DNA of 64,000 nucleotides from a candidate division FCPU426 bacterium (GCA_963771075.1 CAVYSE010000024.1:115867-179866), one strand, 5' to 3'. Positions 1 to 9,904 are shown, counted from the first letter of the stretch. Numbers and translations are program-made. The notes: a model not told the origin generated them from the sequence alone.

Positions 1-661
1 TCTGGAGGAAACCGGGATGTACATGGTGGCCTACACCGCCTACAGCAAAAACGGGCCGGGTGTGGCCTTGGCCGAGACCGGGGACTTTAAGACCTTCAAG
101 CGATACGGGATGGTCATGCAACCCGACGACAAGGACGCGGCCATGCTTCCCCGGCGCATCGACGGGAGCTACGCGCTCATCCACCGCCCCCTGACCGATT
201 CGGGGGCCAGCATCTGGATCTCCTACTCACCGGACCTTCAAAACTGGGGTAACCACGCTCAAATCCTCCCGGCCCGCCGGGGCGCCTGGTGGGACGCCAA
301 CAAAATCGGCTTGTCCGGGCCGCTGATCGAAACGAAGCGGGGATGGCTGATGCTTTACCACGGCGTGCGGCAAACGGGGTCGGGTTGCATTTACCGGCTG
401 GGCGCGGCGCTTCTCGCCCTGGACAATCCGGAACGCTGCCTGCTCCGGGGCGATTCCTGGCTTTTCAGCCCGGAGGCTCCCTACGAACGCGGGGGGGACG
501 TGGCCAATGTGGTATTTCCCTGCGGCCAGACGATCGGGGAGGATGGGGACAGGATCCATCTTTATTACGGCGCGGCGGATACCAGCATCGCAACGGCGGT
601 GGGAAGCATCCGCCAGATATTGCGATGGTTGGATGAGAACGGGAATAACCCGGCGGCTTAA
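1..661 (+). CDS. GH130-family glycosidase/mannoside phosphorylase (5' part outside window)
   Basis: DKDAAMLP, HRP, KIG..GP, YHGV, NVVFPCG, YYGAAD motifs. Confidence 0.85.
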   Translation, partial: LEETGMYMVAYTAYSKNGPGVALAETGDFKTFKRYGMVMQPDDKDAAMLPRRIDGSYALIHRPLTDSGASIWISYSPDLQNWGNHAQILPARRGAWWDANKIGLSGPLIETKRGWLMLYHGVRQTGSGCIYRLGAALLALDNPERCLLRGDSWLFSPEAPYERGGDVANVVFPCGQTIGEDGDRIHLYYGAADTSIATAVGSIRQILRWLDENGNNPAA

Positions 662-775
662 GACGTTGGCTCGGGTGTGAAATAAAAAAACCCGCGTACC
701 CTTGAGGGGAAGCGGGCCACAAAAACAGGATTACTTAGTAGTGCTTCAGTTCGAAAATAGCTTGTTTGTTAAGCC

Positions 776-1135
776 GTCATTGCGAGGTTCAGCCCCAATC
801 GGGGCGGGTTGTCCTACGTTGCCCATTGGGCAACGTAAATCAGGACTATGCCGCTAACCCTTTGGCTTTTATTGTAAAACGGCATGAACCAAGCTTGTGG
901 TAGTTGGCCTGAAATCGGCCAACCATCCATGGGCTTTAGTCCATGGACAATCTCAGGCTGACTCATACCACGAATGGCAAAACCTGAGATTCTTACGTCG
1001 CATACCGCTTTTCTATTAGGTATTTATTGAAGCGGTATTGCCCAGTCTTCCGTTGCCCTAAAGGGCAACGGGGGCAAATCGTACTGATCTCCTAATTTCA
1101 AGGAAATGGAAATCAGCACTGCTTCTCGGAATGAC
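776..1135. repeat. Composite REP-like palindromic block
   Basis: Outer GTCATTGCGAG (776) / CTCGGAATGAC (1125); inner palindromes at 815-838, 927-947, 1050-1071. Confidence 0.6.
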
Positions 1136-1157
1136 ACCCTAAACAACTCACTACTGG

Positions 1158-1523
1158 CTACTTCGCGGCGACGGCCTGCGCTTTCGCTTCAGTTCCGGCG
1201 GTGGGGAAATTCGCGCTCGCCCACTCCTGCATGCCGCCTACGAACTCCGTGGCCTTAAAACCCTTCATTTGCAGGGCCTTGGCCGCTTTGGGTCCCGCGT
1301 CGCAGGAGGCCCCGGCGCAATAGGTGACGAAGAACTTGCCTTTGCCGTATTTTTTCTCAACCGCCTCGATGAAATCCTCGGTTTTTTCCCCGATCGGAAG
1401 ATTCTCGGAACCCTCGATGTGGAGCTTGGCGAAATCCGCCTCCGGCAATACGTTCAAAACGACGGTGTTGTGGTCCTTCATCTTGTCCTTGAGAGCTTCC
1501 TTTGAAATCGGCATGCTTTTCAC
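1158..1523 (-). CDS. Rhodanese-like domain protein
   Basis: HIEGS, YCAGASC, GGMQEW motifs; close paralog of 9485..9853. Confidence 0.9.
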   Translation of the reverse strand: MKSMPISKEALKDKMKDHNTVVLNVLPEADFAKLHIEGSENLPIGEKTEDFIEAVEKKYGKGKFFVTYCAGASCDAGPKAAKALQMKGFKATEFVGGMQEWASANFPTAGTEAKAQAVAAK

Positions 1524-1560
1524 CTCTTGATGTTTTTAATGGACTTCAACCTTACTTAAA

Positions 1561-1574
1561 GCAAGTAGCGTGCC
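1561..1574 (-). promoter_or_regulatory. Sigma54 -24/-12 promoter
   Basis: GG-CACGCTACTT-GC(TT) upstream of rhodanese. Confidence 0.75.
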
Positions 1575-1807
1575 CCGGCCTAGGGCGGATCGGTGTTTCC
1601 GTTATTCATTCAACGCGGGGAAACAACGTTTTATGGGAGGGGATGGACGGATCGGCGGACCTTCCGGTTTTCCGATCAAATCGACCGGGCAAGGCTCTCG
1701 TTTTGGTAGCGCTTCCGAATAGGTGTTCAGGAAGCCGATTGCTTTTAGCTATAAGCCTTTAGTTAAAAGCATACATCGACAAGCCGAGAGCCTACCCATT
1801 TCCGGGT

Positions 1808-2164
1808 TTATTCCGCGGTGTATTTCCTGGAACCGGACGAATAGCAGAGGGTCATCTCAGCCTCCCCTTTCCCCGTGTTCTGGACCCAATGGATCACCCT
1901 CAGGGGAACGGTGAGCGCGTCCCCCGGCAGGAGATTCACCTCCCGGCCGCCCGCCTGGACGCAGGCGCTGCCCCGGATCATGAGGATCACCTCATCCGCG
2001 TTGGAATGGCTGTGGGGCCCGTCGGAAAACCCCGGATGAAGGATCAACCGGCCCACCGTCACCGAACTGCCGGAAAGGGTTTGGTTGGCCACCCAGGACA
2101 GGGAGCCCCAGGTTTCCACCGCCTTGTTTTTTTCCGAATCCCGCGCGTTCACCAATCCGGTCAT
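1808..2164 (-). CDS. Cupin domain protein
   Basis: PHSHSNADE and PGD..H..N cupin motifs; ATGA overlap with upstream stop. Confidence 0.85.
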   Translation of the reverse strand: MTGLVNARDSEKNKAVETWGSLSWVANQTLSGSSVTVGRLILHPGFSDGPHSHSNADEVILMIRGSACVQAGGREVNLLPGDALTVPLRVIHWVQNTGKGEAEMTLCYSSGSRKYTAE

Positions 2165-2514
2165 GGGAGGACCTCGGTTCTCGGGGGCCGGGTGGCTTCC
2201 GTCGAAAATCCGGACCCCTTCCACTCGGCGAGCCCACCGGGAAAGGCTTCCGCCCACAAGCCCCTCTTGCGCAGGGCCAGGGCCGCTTCATCCGCGAGGG
2301 TGGAGGGGGGCTCGAGGCCGTAAACGATGAAAAACTTACCCCTCCCGAATTTCATTTCCACCGTCTGGGCGAATAAAGCCTGGTTCGGAAGATAGGGAAT
2401 GTTATGGGAGCCCGTGATGTGGCGTTCCCGGTAATCCCCTTCCGGCTGAACGTTTAAAACCACCACGTGGGGTTTTCTCATCTTATCCAGCAGTATTTCT
2501 TTTGTGACGGTCAT
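2161..2514 (-). CDS. Rhodanese-like domain protein (lacks the loop Cys)
   Basis: HITGS and GGLAEW motifs; YGLEPPS replaces YCxxxxC. Confidence 0.8.
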   Translation of the reverse strand: MTVTKEILLDKMRKPHVVVLNVQPEGDYRERHITGSHNIPYLPNQALFAQTVEMKFGRGKFFIVYGLEPPSTLADEAALALRKRGLWAEAFPGGLAEWKGSGFSTEATRPPRTEVLP

Positions 2515-2569
2515 GGGTTCCTTTTTCTAAATGAGTCGGTGTGGATGAAGCGGGTTGGAGCGGGACCCT

Positions 2570-2818
2570 TCATTCGTAAATCTTGGCCGCCAGGAACATG
2601 TTGGCGATAAAACCCCAGGGAATGTTGGGAGGTTCGGTGAGGTGGTTGATTTCATTAAATCCTTCCATCTCCCCGACCCAGCTCGCCATGCCGGTTAAAA
2701 AGCCGCTCAACTTCTTGTTTTCCCACTCGTCCGGGAAATTTTTGTGGTTCTCGGCCAGTTCGTTCAAGAAACGAATAAACTCGGCTTTGGTTTTCACATC
2801 TTTTTCATCCATGTTCAC
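2570..2818 (-). CDS. Small conserved protein, DUF7660-like
   Basis: EWEN..L..FL..MASW...W..A...LAAKIYE pattern. Confidence 0.6.
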   Translation of the reverse strand: MNMDEKDVKTKAEFIRFLNELAENHKNFPDEWENKKLSGFLTGMASWVGEMEGFNEINHLTEPPNIPWGFIANMFLAAKIYE

Positions 2819-2872
2819 CCTGGTTTCCCCCAGTTCCCAAGCCGCCCGGGCGGGCGCCGGGGTGGATTGGGC

Positions 2873-3649
2873 CTAATTTTGTCCCGCGCGATTCCCAATT
2901 TCCATTTCCTCGAACCAATAGCCGTAACGGTCGTAATGCCGGTAGAGCCGGACCTCGTCATTCCGGGTCGGGGTGGCGGGGGGAGTGAATTCGGGCGATT
3001 TTCGGACGGCCTCCCGGGTCAGGTTCGTGAAAACCTTCTTTTCGGCCCAGCTCACCCGCTCGATCCAGCGTGGTGATACTAGCACATGCCTCCCCGGCAG
3101 CCAATTTTTCGTGTCGGCCACCAGGTAACGGATCGTCCAGTATTCCTCGTCGATGATAAAATCGTCGATATGCCCGATCTCCCCGTCTATGGCTTGGAGG
3201 TGGTGCCCCGTCACGTCCCGGGTGCTGAACAGGTTCGGATCGCAGGCTTTCGGCTCTTCCCGGACCGCCGGCCAGGTGGCCGGGTCCCGGGACAGGTTCC
3301 GGTAGTTTCCCCACATATAGGGGCCGCCCCAATAGGCCGGCCATCCGAAATAGTTGAAATAGGTTTTCTCGAACTGGTGGGAGACGGGCTGGTCGCTTTC
3401 CAGGGAAGGGCTTTCCTCGATCTGGCGCAGGGTCAAATCGACGGTGAGGTACTTGTTTTCGGGATGGACCGAGGTCAGCGCGTAAGGCGAGATCAGCACC
3501 TTCCGGCCCTTGAGCCAGCCGCCGGTGTCGGCCACCAGGTAGCGGACCGTCCAATGTTTGTCGTCGAATAGGAATTCATCGACGGTTCCCACCTCTCCGT
3601 CTCGGCAATGCAGGGTATAGCCCCGAAGGGTCTTGGCTGGGTGCATCAT
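2873..3649 (-). CDS. Tandem PRC-barrel domain protein
   Basis: Two copies of DGE.G..D.F..D...WT.RYLVADT..WL.GR.VL.SP. Confidence 0.9.
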   Translation of the reverse strand: MMHPAKTLRGYTLHCRDGEVGTVDEFLFDDKHWTVRYLVADTGGWLKGRKVLISPYALTSVHPENKYLTVDLTLRQIEESPSLESDQPVSHQFEKTYFNYFGWPAYWGGPYMWGNYRNLSRDPATWPAVREEPKACDPNLFSTRDVTGHHLQAIDGEIGHIDDFIIDEEYWTIRYLVADTKNWLPGRHVLVSPRWIERVSWAEKKVFTNLTREAVRKSPEFTPPATPTRNDEVRLYRHYDRYGYWFEEMEIGNRAGQN

Positions 3650-3686
3650 GGGTGTTTCCTTTCATCGCGGGGAACCGGGGCCTCCC

Positions 3687-4610
3687 TCACAAGGCTTTTG
3701 CGTGTGAAACTTCTTTTGCTTGGTTCGCTTGTTCCTGGCCGATCCCCATGGTCAGCGCCGTCAGGCCGGCCACCCCGCCCAACTGCATGGTTTCCACCAC
3801 CGTGCTGGGCACGATGACGATCGTGGCGTTTTTCTTCAGGCCCTCGTAAAGCATGTTCATGGCCCTCAAGTGCAGGGCCACGGGGTTGTGGGCGTAGGTC
3901 TTGGCCGCCTCCCCGAATTTTTCCGCCACCTGCCGCTCCGAATCGCCCAAAATCACCCGGGCCTGGCGCTCCCTTTCGGCCTGGGCCTGCATGGACATGG
4001 CGTCCTCCAGGGCCGGTGGAATCAGCACGTCCTTAACCTCCACCGAAATCACGTTGATGCCCCAGGGCTCGGTGCGGACGTCGATGATCTTTTGCAGCTC
4101 GGTGCTGATCTTTTCCCGGCCTTCCAGCATGTCGGAAAGCATGGTCTTGCCGATGACGTCCCTCAGGGCCGTCTGGGAGGCCCAGTTGATGGCGCTTTGG
4201 TAGTCGGCCACGTCTAGGGCCGCCTTCTTGGGGTCCACGACCTTCCAGAAAAGCACCGCGTCCACATCCACCGGGACCGTGTCCTTGGTCAGGGTCTTTT
4301 CCGCCTTGAAAGAGGAGGTGATGACCCGGGTGTCGATCCAGTAGGCGACCATGTCGATAATGGGAATGATGAAGAATAGCCCCGGGCCTTCCAGGGACCG
4401 GTACTTGCCCAGCCGGAGGATCACGACCCTTTCCCACTGGTCCGCGACCTTGATGGCCTGGGCGCAGAGGATGGCGAGGGCCAGGGTGAAGGCGCCCACC
4501 AGGGCGCTTCCAATGACGGCGGAGGCGCTATAGAAGCCAAAGGCTACCAGCCCCCCCAACACGAGTATCGTGAAAAAGACTAATGCCGGAAATGAACTGC
4601 CGTTTCTCAT
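3687..4610 (-). CDS. SPFH/band 7 (stomatin-like) protein
   Basis: N-terminal TM, ERVVILRLG, TKDTVPVDVDAV, QAQAERERQA. Confidence 0.92.
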   Translation of the reverse strand: MRNGSSFPALVFFTILVLGGLVAFGFYSASAVIGSALVGAFTLALAILCAQAIKVADQWERVVILRLGKYRSLEGPGLFFIIPIIDMVAYWIDTRVITSSFKAEKTLTKDTVPVDVDAVLFWKVVDPKKAALDVADYQSAINWASQTALRDVIGKTMLSDMLEGREKISTELQKIIDVRTEPWGINVISVEVKDVLIPPALEDAMSMQAQAERERQARVILGDSERQVAEKFGEAAKTYAHNPVALHLRAMNMLYEGLKKNATIVIVPSTVVETMQLGGVAGLTALTMGIGQEQANQAKEVSHAKAL

Positions 4611-4660
4611 AGTGAAATTCCTCCAGGAATTGCAGAAAAATTTTCTCAAGACCAGTTAAA

Positions 4661-4674
4661 GCAAGGAACATGCC
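4661..4674 (-). promoter_or_regulatory. Sigma54 -24/-12 promoter
   Basis: GG-CATGTTCCTT-GC(TT) upstream of SPFH gene. Confidence 0.75.
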
Positions 4675-4863
4675 CCGTTGAAACGACTCTTCATCGCGAA
4701 AAACGCCTTTAAGTAAGGGGAAAATTTGATTTTATGTTTTCTAGGGCATGCTCCGCCGGCCCGAATCAATCAAAACGATAGCTTTCGGTTCTCTTTTTGA
4801 TCTTTAAAGCTTCCGAACTTGGATTGGGTTGGTTTTATCGCGAGTTAAAAAGATTCGGTGTCC

Positions 4864-4877
4864 GGCTTGATTCTTGC
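4864..4877 (+). promoter_or_regulatory. Sigma54 -24/-12 promoter
   Basis: GG-CTTGATTCTT-GC(TT) upstream of DUF2934-like gene. Confidence 0.7.
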
Positions 4878-4906
4878 TTTTCTAAATCCTGATACCCGTT
4901 CCATTC

Positions 4907-5173
4907 ATGAAGAATTTCTATCACGGCAAAGGATCCCAAATGATCGCGTTAAAAAATGATGTGTTAGGGGCTTCGCCCATCGGAGCCGAGGCCAACAAGC
5001 AAATCGAGGAAGCCGCCTATTATTGTTATTTGAACCGCCAACGTTACGGCCAGGAAGGCGACACCCTGAGTGATTGGCACGAGGCGGAAAGCGAGGTAAG
5101 GAAAAAACAAGCCCAACACCTCAACCCGATCCTCAGCTTTGCGTCGGTCCTCAAAAAAATCGTTAAGAAATGA
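4907..5173 (+). CDS. DUF2934-like protein
   Basis: I.EAAY..Y..R...G....DW.EAE.E pattern; start may be 4940. Confidence 0.75.
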   Translation: MKNFYHGKGSQMIALKNDVLGASPIGAEANKQIEEAAYYCYLNRQRYGQEGDTLSDWHEAESEVRKKQAQHLNPILSFASVLKKIVKK

Positions 5174-5269
5174 TCGCTTCACAGGGTATCCCCCGTCTAT
5201 TTCGATTCGTTTTTTTGAATGTCGAAGTAAATAGGCAAGGGAATGACTCTCGATAGTTCCCGGGCCCCG

Positions 5270-5560
5270 TTATTTGATCTTGGCCAGTAACCGATGGATG
5301 GCTTTTTCCAAAACTTCGCAAGCGGTATCGACCCCGATTTTCATGGATTCCCATTCCGCTTCACCGGCATGTTGTAGTTCTAAGATTGTCGCCTCGAGGT
5401 CTAAGCGTTTTGCCTGGATCTCCTCGATTTCCTTTTGGTAGGCCGCCTGGGAATTCGCCCGGACCTGGGACGCCATGGATAAGAACTCCTGGATCTCCCC
5501 GGTCCATTTATTGATTTTCCATTTTATTTCTTCAACATAAGCGTCTCTTCGTAATCCCAC
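5270..5560 (-). CDS. Small coiled-coil protein
   Basis: W..EI...EWE.MK.GV..A pattern; similar to 48252..48545. Confidence 0.7.
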   Translation of the reverse strand: MGLRRDAYVEEIKWKINKWTGEIQEFLSMASQVRANSQAAYQKEIEEIQAKRLDLEATILELQHAGEAEWESMKIGVDTACEVLEKAIHRLLAKIK

Positions 5561-5782
5561 GAGGGCGCCTCTTTCATATAAATTTTGAAGGAATGGATTA
5601 AACCGTCAACGTACCCCGGCTTTTCCAAATCAATCCTGCCTGGTCGGCGGGAACTTCATGACTGTAATTTTCATCGAACTCACGGGTCCCGGGAATAGGC
5701 CTGCTTTTCCTTCGCCGGGCCGGGAGGGGAAGGACTTTAGGTTGGAAACGGGGCTTTTCAGGCTTTTGGGTAAGGGCCTTGG

Positions 5783-6391
5783 TCATAGGGCGTACTCGGC
5801 GGACCTGGCCAGTCGCACGGCAGAGGCGAATCTTTTTTGGGCTTCCGCCCAATTGATGACTTTCAGGAAAGCCTCGGTGTAATCCGACCGGTTATCGCCA
5901 TAATCCGTCATGTAAGCGTGGTCGAAACAATCGTTGACCAGGAGGGAAACACAATAGAAAAGGCTTCCCACCTCATGCCCGGTGATCCATAGGTTAATGA
6001 GGTTTTTTCCTTCCGGTTCCCAGGCCAGGACCGCCCAGCCTTCTCCCCGGGTGAGGGAGACTTCCCAAAAATCATTCGCCCAGGACTCCAGGGAACCATA
6101 GGTCTTGATGATCTGGACCGCCAAATCCGAATCGGGGTCAAGGGACTGGGATTGCCTGGCCATATTCCCGAAATAGATCTCATGGAGCCGGACGCCGGTG
6201 AAATCCGAGGCGAAAGCATTCTTAATGGCATCATATTCCGGATTATCCCTTTGAGCCCCATTCAGTACGTCGATCATCCGGTTGAAACGGTCGAGGAAAC
6301 CTTCATAGATTTTGATATGGTCTTTTATGTATTCGTCGCTGAATCCCGGCATACCCAACAAATGCTCATAACTTTGTCCCGCGTAAGTCAT
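5783..6391 (-). CDS. Fe/Mn superoxide dismutase family protein
   Basis: H..IY.G, LHEIYF.N, GWAVL, DCFDHAY..DY; RBS before ATG 6391. Confidence 0.8.
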   Translation of the reverse strand: MTYAGQSYEHLLGMPGFSDEYIKDHIKIYEGFLDRFNRMIDVLNGAQRDNPEYDAIKNAFASDFTGVRLHEIYFGNMARQSQSLDPDSDLAVQIIKTYGSLESWANDFWEVSLTRGEGWAVLAWEPEGKNLINLWITGHEVGSLFYCVSLLVNDCFDHAYMTDYGDNRSDYTEAFLKVINWAEAQKRFASAVRLARSAEYAL

Positions 6392-6473
6392 CGTGCGTCC
6401 CTTTCGGAAATAGTTTGGCACAGACAACGCCATCCCCCCGCCGCTTTCTTGAATTCCTGCTAACACAGTAAAA

Positions 6474-6487
6474 GCAAGTTCCATACC
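6474..6487 (-). promoter_or_regulatory. Sigma54 -24/-12 promoter
   Basis: GG-TATGGAACTT-GC(TT) upstream of SOD-like gene. Confidence 0.7.
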
Positions 6488-6675
6488 CCGTGATTTTTTT
6501 TGATCAGGTCTCCAGGTATCGCGCCCATCTTGATCCATACGGAATTTCCAGCCGGGATGGGACATGGAACGGCCGGCTTCTATCAAAATGATGTTCCCCT
6601 AAATCTCACTTTGATCCTCTGCCAAGACGAATCCCGGGAAGCGCATTGAAAGCCGCGCAAGCTGTTTCACGCGGC

Positions 6676-6689
6676 GGCTCGTTTCTTGC
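6676..6689 (+). promoter_or_regulatory. Sigma54 -24/-12 promoter
   Basis: GG-CTCGTTTCTT-GC(TT) upstream of STAS/pirin pair. Confidence 0.7.
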
Positions 6690-6772
6690 TTCCTTTGATA
6701 CGACACGATTCTTAAAAACTTCGCAAGCCAAGGCGGGGAACATGACTTTCACCCGCAAAGGACATTAAACCT

Positions 6773-7207
6773 ATGATCTCTGAAAAAACGTCGGACGCCC
6801 TCACCGTCACCCTCTCCACCTATCCCGGTCGGCCCGAAATTTCCCTCCTTTCGGTCAGGGGTTACCTCGACACCACCACCACCCCGGATTTCGAGGAAAT
6901 TTTCCAATCCGCCTTGCGCCAAAAGAAATTCAAGCTGGTGGTCGACTTGAAGGACGCGGATTACATCAGCAGCGCGGGCTGGGGGATCTTCGTCAGCGAG
7001 ATCAAGCGCATCCGCCAGGGAAAAGGGGATTTGGTGCTTTCCGGGATGAATCCGGGGGTCCAGGAGATTTTCAAGCTTTTGGAATTCGACACCTTTTTGA
7101 GTTCCTTTCCCAACGTCGAAACGGCGGTCGAGAAGGGTTTTAGGGACATCCTTCCCCTGCCGGCCAAAGGGGACCCCCTCGGCGGGCGCGGAAAAAAAAC
7201 GCCATGA
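6773..7207 (+). CDS. STAS-domain anti-sigma factor antagonist
   Basis: GYLD..T, VDL..DYISSAG.G motif. Confidence 0.9.
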   Translation: MISEKTSDALTVTLSTYPGRPEISLLSVRGYLDTTTTPDFEEIFQSALRQKKFKLVVDLKDADYISSAGWGIFVSEIKRIRQGKGDLVLSGMNPGVQEIFKLLEFDTFLSSFPNVETAVEKGFRDILPLPAKGDPLGGRGKKTP

Positions 7208-7905
7208 TCACCCTGCGCAGGTCGGAAGAACGCCGCCACATCGCCGTTGAGAACCAGAAAACCTGGAGGACCTTCGACTGGGAAAACCAGGCCGACCCCC
7301 TGCGGGGTGGTTTCGGCGTATTAAAGGTTTTCAACGAGGAAATCCTGAACCCGGGCCGGGCCTTCACCCTCCACACCCAGGAGGACAGGGTGGTCGTGAC
7401 CTACATCAACGAGGGCGTCATGATCTTCAACCGGCCCAGGCTTGGAAAAACCGGGCTCATGGAAACGGGGGACCTCCAACTTTCCTACGCCCTTTCCGGT
7501 TCCAAGCCCTATTCCCTCAACCACTCGTCCCTCGACCAGGCGCGGTTTTTCCAAAGCGGATTCTCGCCCCTCGTGGGCCCCCAAGAACCCGGGGGCGACA
7601 AAAAACACTTCACCCTCGCCGAGCGCAAGGGGGTCTTGAAGCTCATCGCCTCCCCCGACGGCAAGGAAGCTTCCCTCAAGATCCGGCAGGATGTGGAGAT
7701 GTATTCCACGCTCATCCACAAGGGGAACCACATGATCCACGAGCTGAAACCGGGCCGAACCGCCTGGCTTCACGTGGTCAAGGGCCGAATCGACCTGGGG
7801 GAACTCATCCTCCTGGCGGGGGACGGAGCCGGATATTCGGAAGAAATCGGCGTCTCATTCACCGCCCAGGAACCCAGCGAAATACTTTTGTTTGATTTAC
7901 CCTGA
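7204..7905 (+). CDS. Pirin-like (YhhW-type) bicupin with degenerate metal site
   Basis: GFG.L.V.NE, LIASPDG..SL.I.QD, GDGA, EILLFDL. Confidence 0.85.
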   Translation: MITLRRSEERRHIAVENQKTWRTFDWENQADPLRGGFGVLKVFNEEILNPGRAFTLHTQEDRVVVTYINEGVMIFNRPRLGKTGLMETGDLQLSYALSGSKPYSLNHSSLDQARFFQSGFSPLVGPQEPGGDKKHFTLAERKGVLKLIASPDGKEASLKIRQDVEMYSTLIHKGNHMIHELKPGRTAWLHVVKGRIDLGELILLAGDGAGYSEEIGVSFTAQEPSEILLFDLP

Positions 7906-7929
7906 ATCAGCGAAATCCAAGGCCCGGAA

Positions 7930-8655
7930 TCAGGTTTTGACTGTTTCACCCAAGGGGGTATGGGCCTTGTCCATCCGCGGCTTGGCTTTAACGGACCCCT
8001 CCGGCGGGGCGCTGATGCCGCAGTAACCCCCGCAACCGGGGCAGCGGACCACCTTCAAGTCGGCGGGGCGATGAAGGATATAGGACAAGGAGCAATGGGG
8101 ACAGGCGGTCTTCCTCCCCACCGGCCTGGAAGTGGAATGATCGAACAGGGCCATCCCCGTTTTCCCGTCAAAATATTCCCCAAGTTCGGAAGGGTCGCGG
8201 CGCGCGAGGAGATCGGCGGCCTCCGAAACCCCTTCCTTCATGAGGGTGGGCGCCGGCCTGGGTTCCTCATAGGTTTCGGCCAGCTTCACGACGTAATCGG
8301 TCCAGGCGTTGGTGGTGTAGAGGCTGATGGAATGCTCGAATCGAGGCACAAGGCCCGTGATTCTTTTAATATCTTCGCAATGCCCGAACACGTAGACATC
8401 CTTGCCTCCGGCGAAACGGGTAGTCTTTAAATCCGGGATCTCGGTACCGGGCGTCATTGGGCCGCCCTGGCTGAACATCAGGAATAGGGCGCTGGAATTT
8501 TTAGCGTGATCAAGAAATTTCGCCTTATCCCCCGCCCCCGTGATCGTTTCGTAATCCATCCAAACCGTCCCCAATTCCACCGTCGAAAACACCTTCTCAA
8601 AAAAGGGTTTAAACCGTTGGTCTAATCGGCTGTTCAATAGAAGGATCTGCCGCAC
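7930..8655 (-). CDS. Hypothetical protein with C-terminal CxxC..CxxC zinc ribbon
   Basis: CPHC/CPGC; GTG at 8655 after AAGGGGG. Confidence 0.6.
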   Translation of the reverse strand: MRQILLLNSRLDQRFKPFFEKVFSTVELGTVWMDYETITGAGDKAKFLDHAKNSSALFLMFSQGGPMTPGTEIPDLKTTRFAGGKDVYVFGHCEDIKRITGLVPRFEHSISLYTTNAWTDYVVKLAETYEEPRPAPTLMKEGVSEAADLLARRDPSELGEYFDGKTGMALFDHSTSRPVGRKTACPHCSLSYILHRPADLKVVRCPGCGGYCGISAPPEGSVKAKPRMDKAHTPLGETVKT

Positions 8656-9017
8656 TGGAAACCCCCTTGGCTGTTCCGGTATTGGTGAATTCCGTTTTTG
8701 TAAATGGCGGGTGTCCGGACAGGGGTTAATAGAGCAATTTCCATACCTTGAACCTGTGGGGGGCAAGAGGTGGAACCCTTTCCAGGGTCCGATTCGGCCA
8801 AGTCCATGCCGCCGGCCTATCAAAGAGAGAAAGGGATCGAACCATTTTGATTCGTTGGGCCGCCAGGCCCTTTTGACCGCTTTCGTCCCGTTTAACTCAA
8901 TGGACACCGAATAAACTACTCTTGCCGCTGGAAGAGCCTATAGTCCAAGTGAGTATTACGAACTATTGCTCGTGGTGTTTGGAGCCGCGTTTTGTGATTC
9001 TCTCGGAGGAGGCTCCC

Positions 9018-9281
9018 ATGGAATTCGAGCACGCGTTCAAAAAGTTGGCCACACGGTACAAGGTCTTACGCCTCCACCGGGGAATGATCCAGGAGGACGT
9101 CCTGGAACACAACTTCTCGGTCCGGCACTACCAGCAGTTGGAAGCCGGAAGGCCCCATTCCCTCACGACTTTATTCCGGCTTTCCGTCATGTTCGATACC
9201 CACCCGGAAATCCTGATCAAGGGCCTGTTGAACGGGCGAAACGGCCATCGTAAAAAGGGAAAAAAACGCCGAACGAAATAG
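9018..9281 (+). CDS. XRE-family HTH regulator
   Basis: LR..RG..QE....SVRHYQQLEAG...SL.TL.RL; RBS GGAGG. Confidence 0.8.
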   Translation: MEFEHAFKKLATRYKVLRLHRGMIQEDVLEHNFSVRHYQQLEAGRPHSLTTLFRLSVMFDTHPEILIKGLLNGRNGHRKKGKKRRTK

Positions 9282-9434
9282 TTTTTATTCCCCCTAAACT
9301 GAAGCACTACCAAAATGAGAGCCTTCCCGATTGATTTGATAGGGCCGTCGGCCGCGCCGCTTCCGCGCGAAGGTCGCCGGATTCAAAACCGCGATTTCCC
9401 GCGTGATTCCTGCCCGGCCGCACGGTCCGCCCGC

Positions 9435-9448
9435 GGCACGGTCCTTGC
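9435..9448 (+). promoter_or_regulatory. Sigma54 -24/-12 promoter
   Basis: GG-CACGGTCCTT-GC(TT) upstream of rhodanese. Confidence 0.75.
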
Positions 9449-9484
9449 TTTTACATGGACGGGTGACAATCCATCGATGATGAG

Positions 9485-9853
9485 GTGAAACGAATGCCGA
9501 TTTCGAAAGAAGCCCTCAAGGGCAAAATGAAGGACCGCAACACGGTGGTCTTGAACGTACTGTCGGAGGCGGATTTCGCGAAGCTCCACATAAAGGGTTC
9601 GGAAAGCTTTCCCCTGACCCAAAACACGGTCGAATTCGCCCGGGAAGTCGAGAAGAAATACGGGAAGGACAGGTTTTTCATCGCCTATTGCGAGGGACCG
9701 ACCTGCAGCGCGGGCCCGAACGCGGCCAAGGCCTTGAAGGTCCATGGCCTGGATGCCGTGGATTTCGCGGGAGGCATGCAGGAATGGGAATCCGCGGGTT
9801 ATCCCACCGAGGGCACCGCGGCGAAGCCTCCAACGGCCCATGCGCTCAAATAG
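9485..9853 (+). CDS. Rhodanese-like domain protein
   Basis: Close paralog of 1158..1523; YCEGPTC, GGMQEW. Confidence 0.9.
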   Translation: MKRMPISKEALKGKMKDRNTVVLNVLSEADFAKLHIKGSESFPLTQNTVEFAREVEKKYGKDRFFIAYCEGPTCSAGPNAAKALKVHGLDAVDFAGGMQEWESAGYPTEGTAAKPPTAHALK

Positions 9854-9865
9854 TCTCCCTTTTTG

Positions 9866-9904
9866 AAAAGGCCCGCGTTCCCCCCGGGGACGTGGGCTTT
9901 TTTT
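9866..9904 (+). terminator. Rho-independent terminator
   Basis: GC-rich hairpin followed by T run. Confidence 0.75.

Noticed and set aside
1158..9853. Chromate resistance operon (SOD plus rhodanese)
   Set aside because: No ChrA transporter or ChrB regulator seen, and the genes are not co-transcribed.
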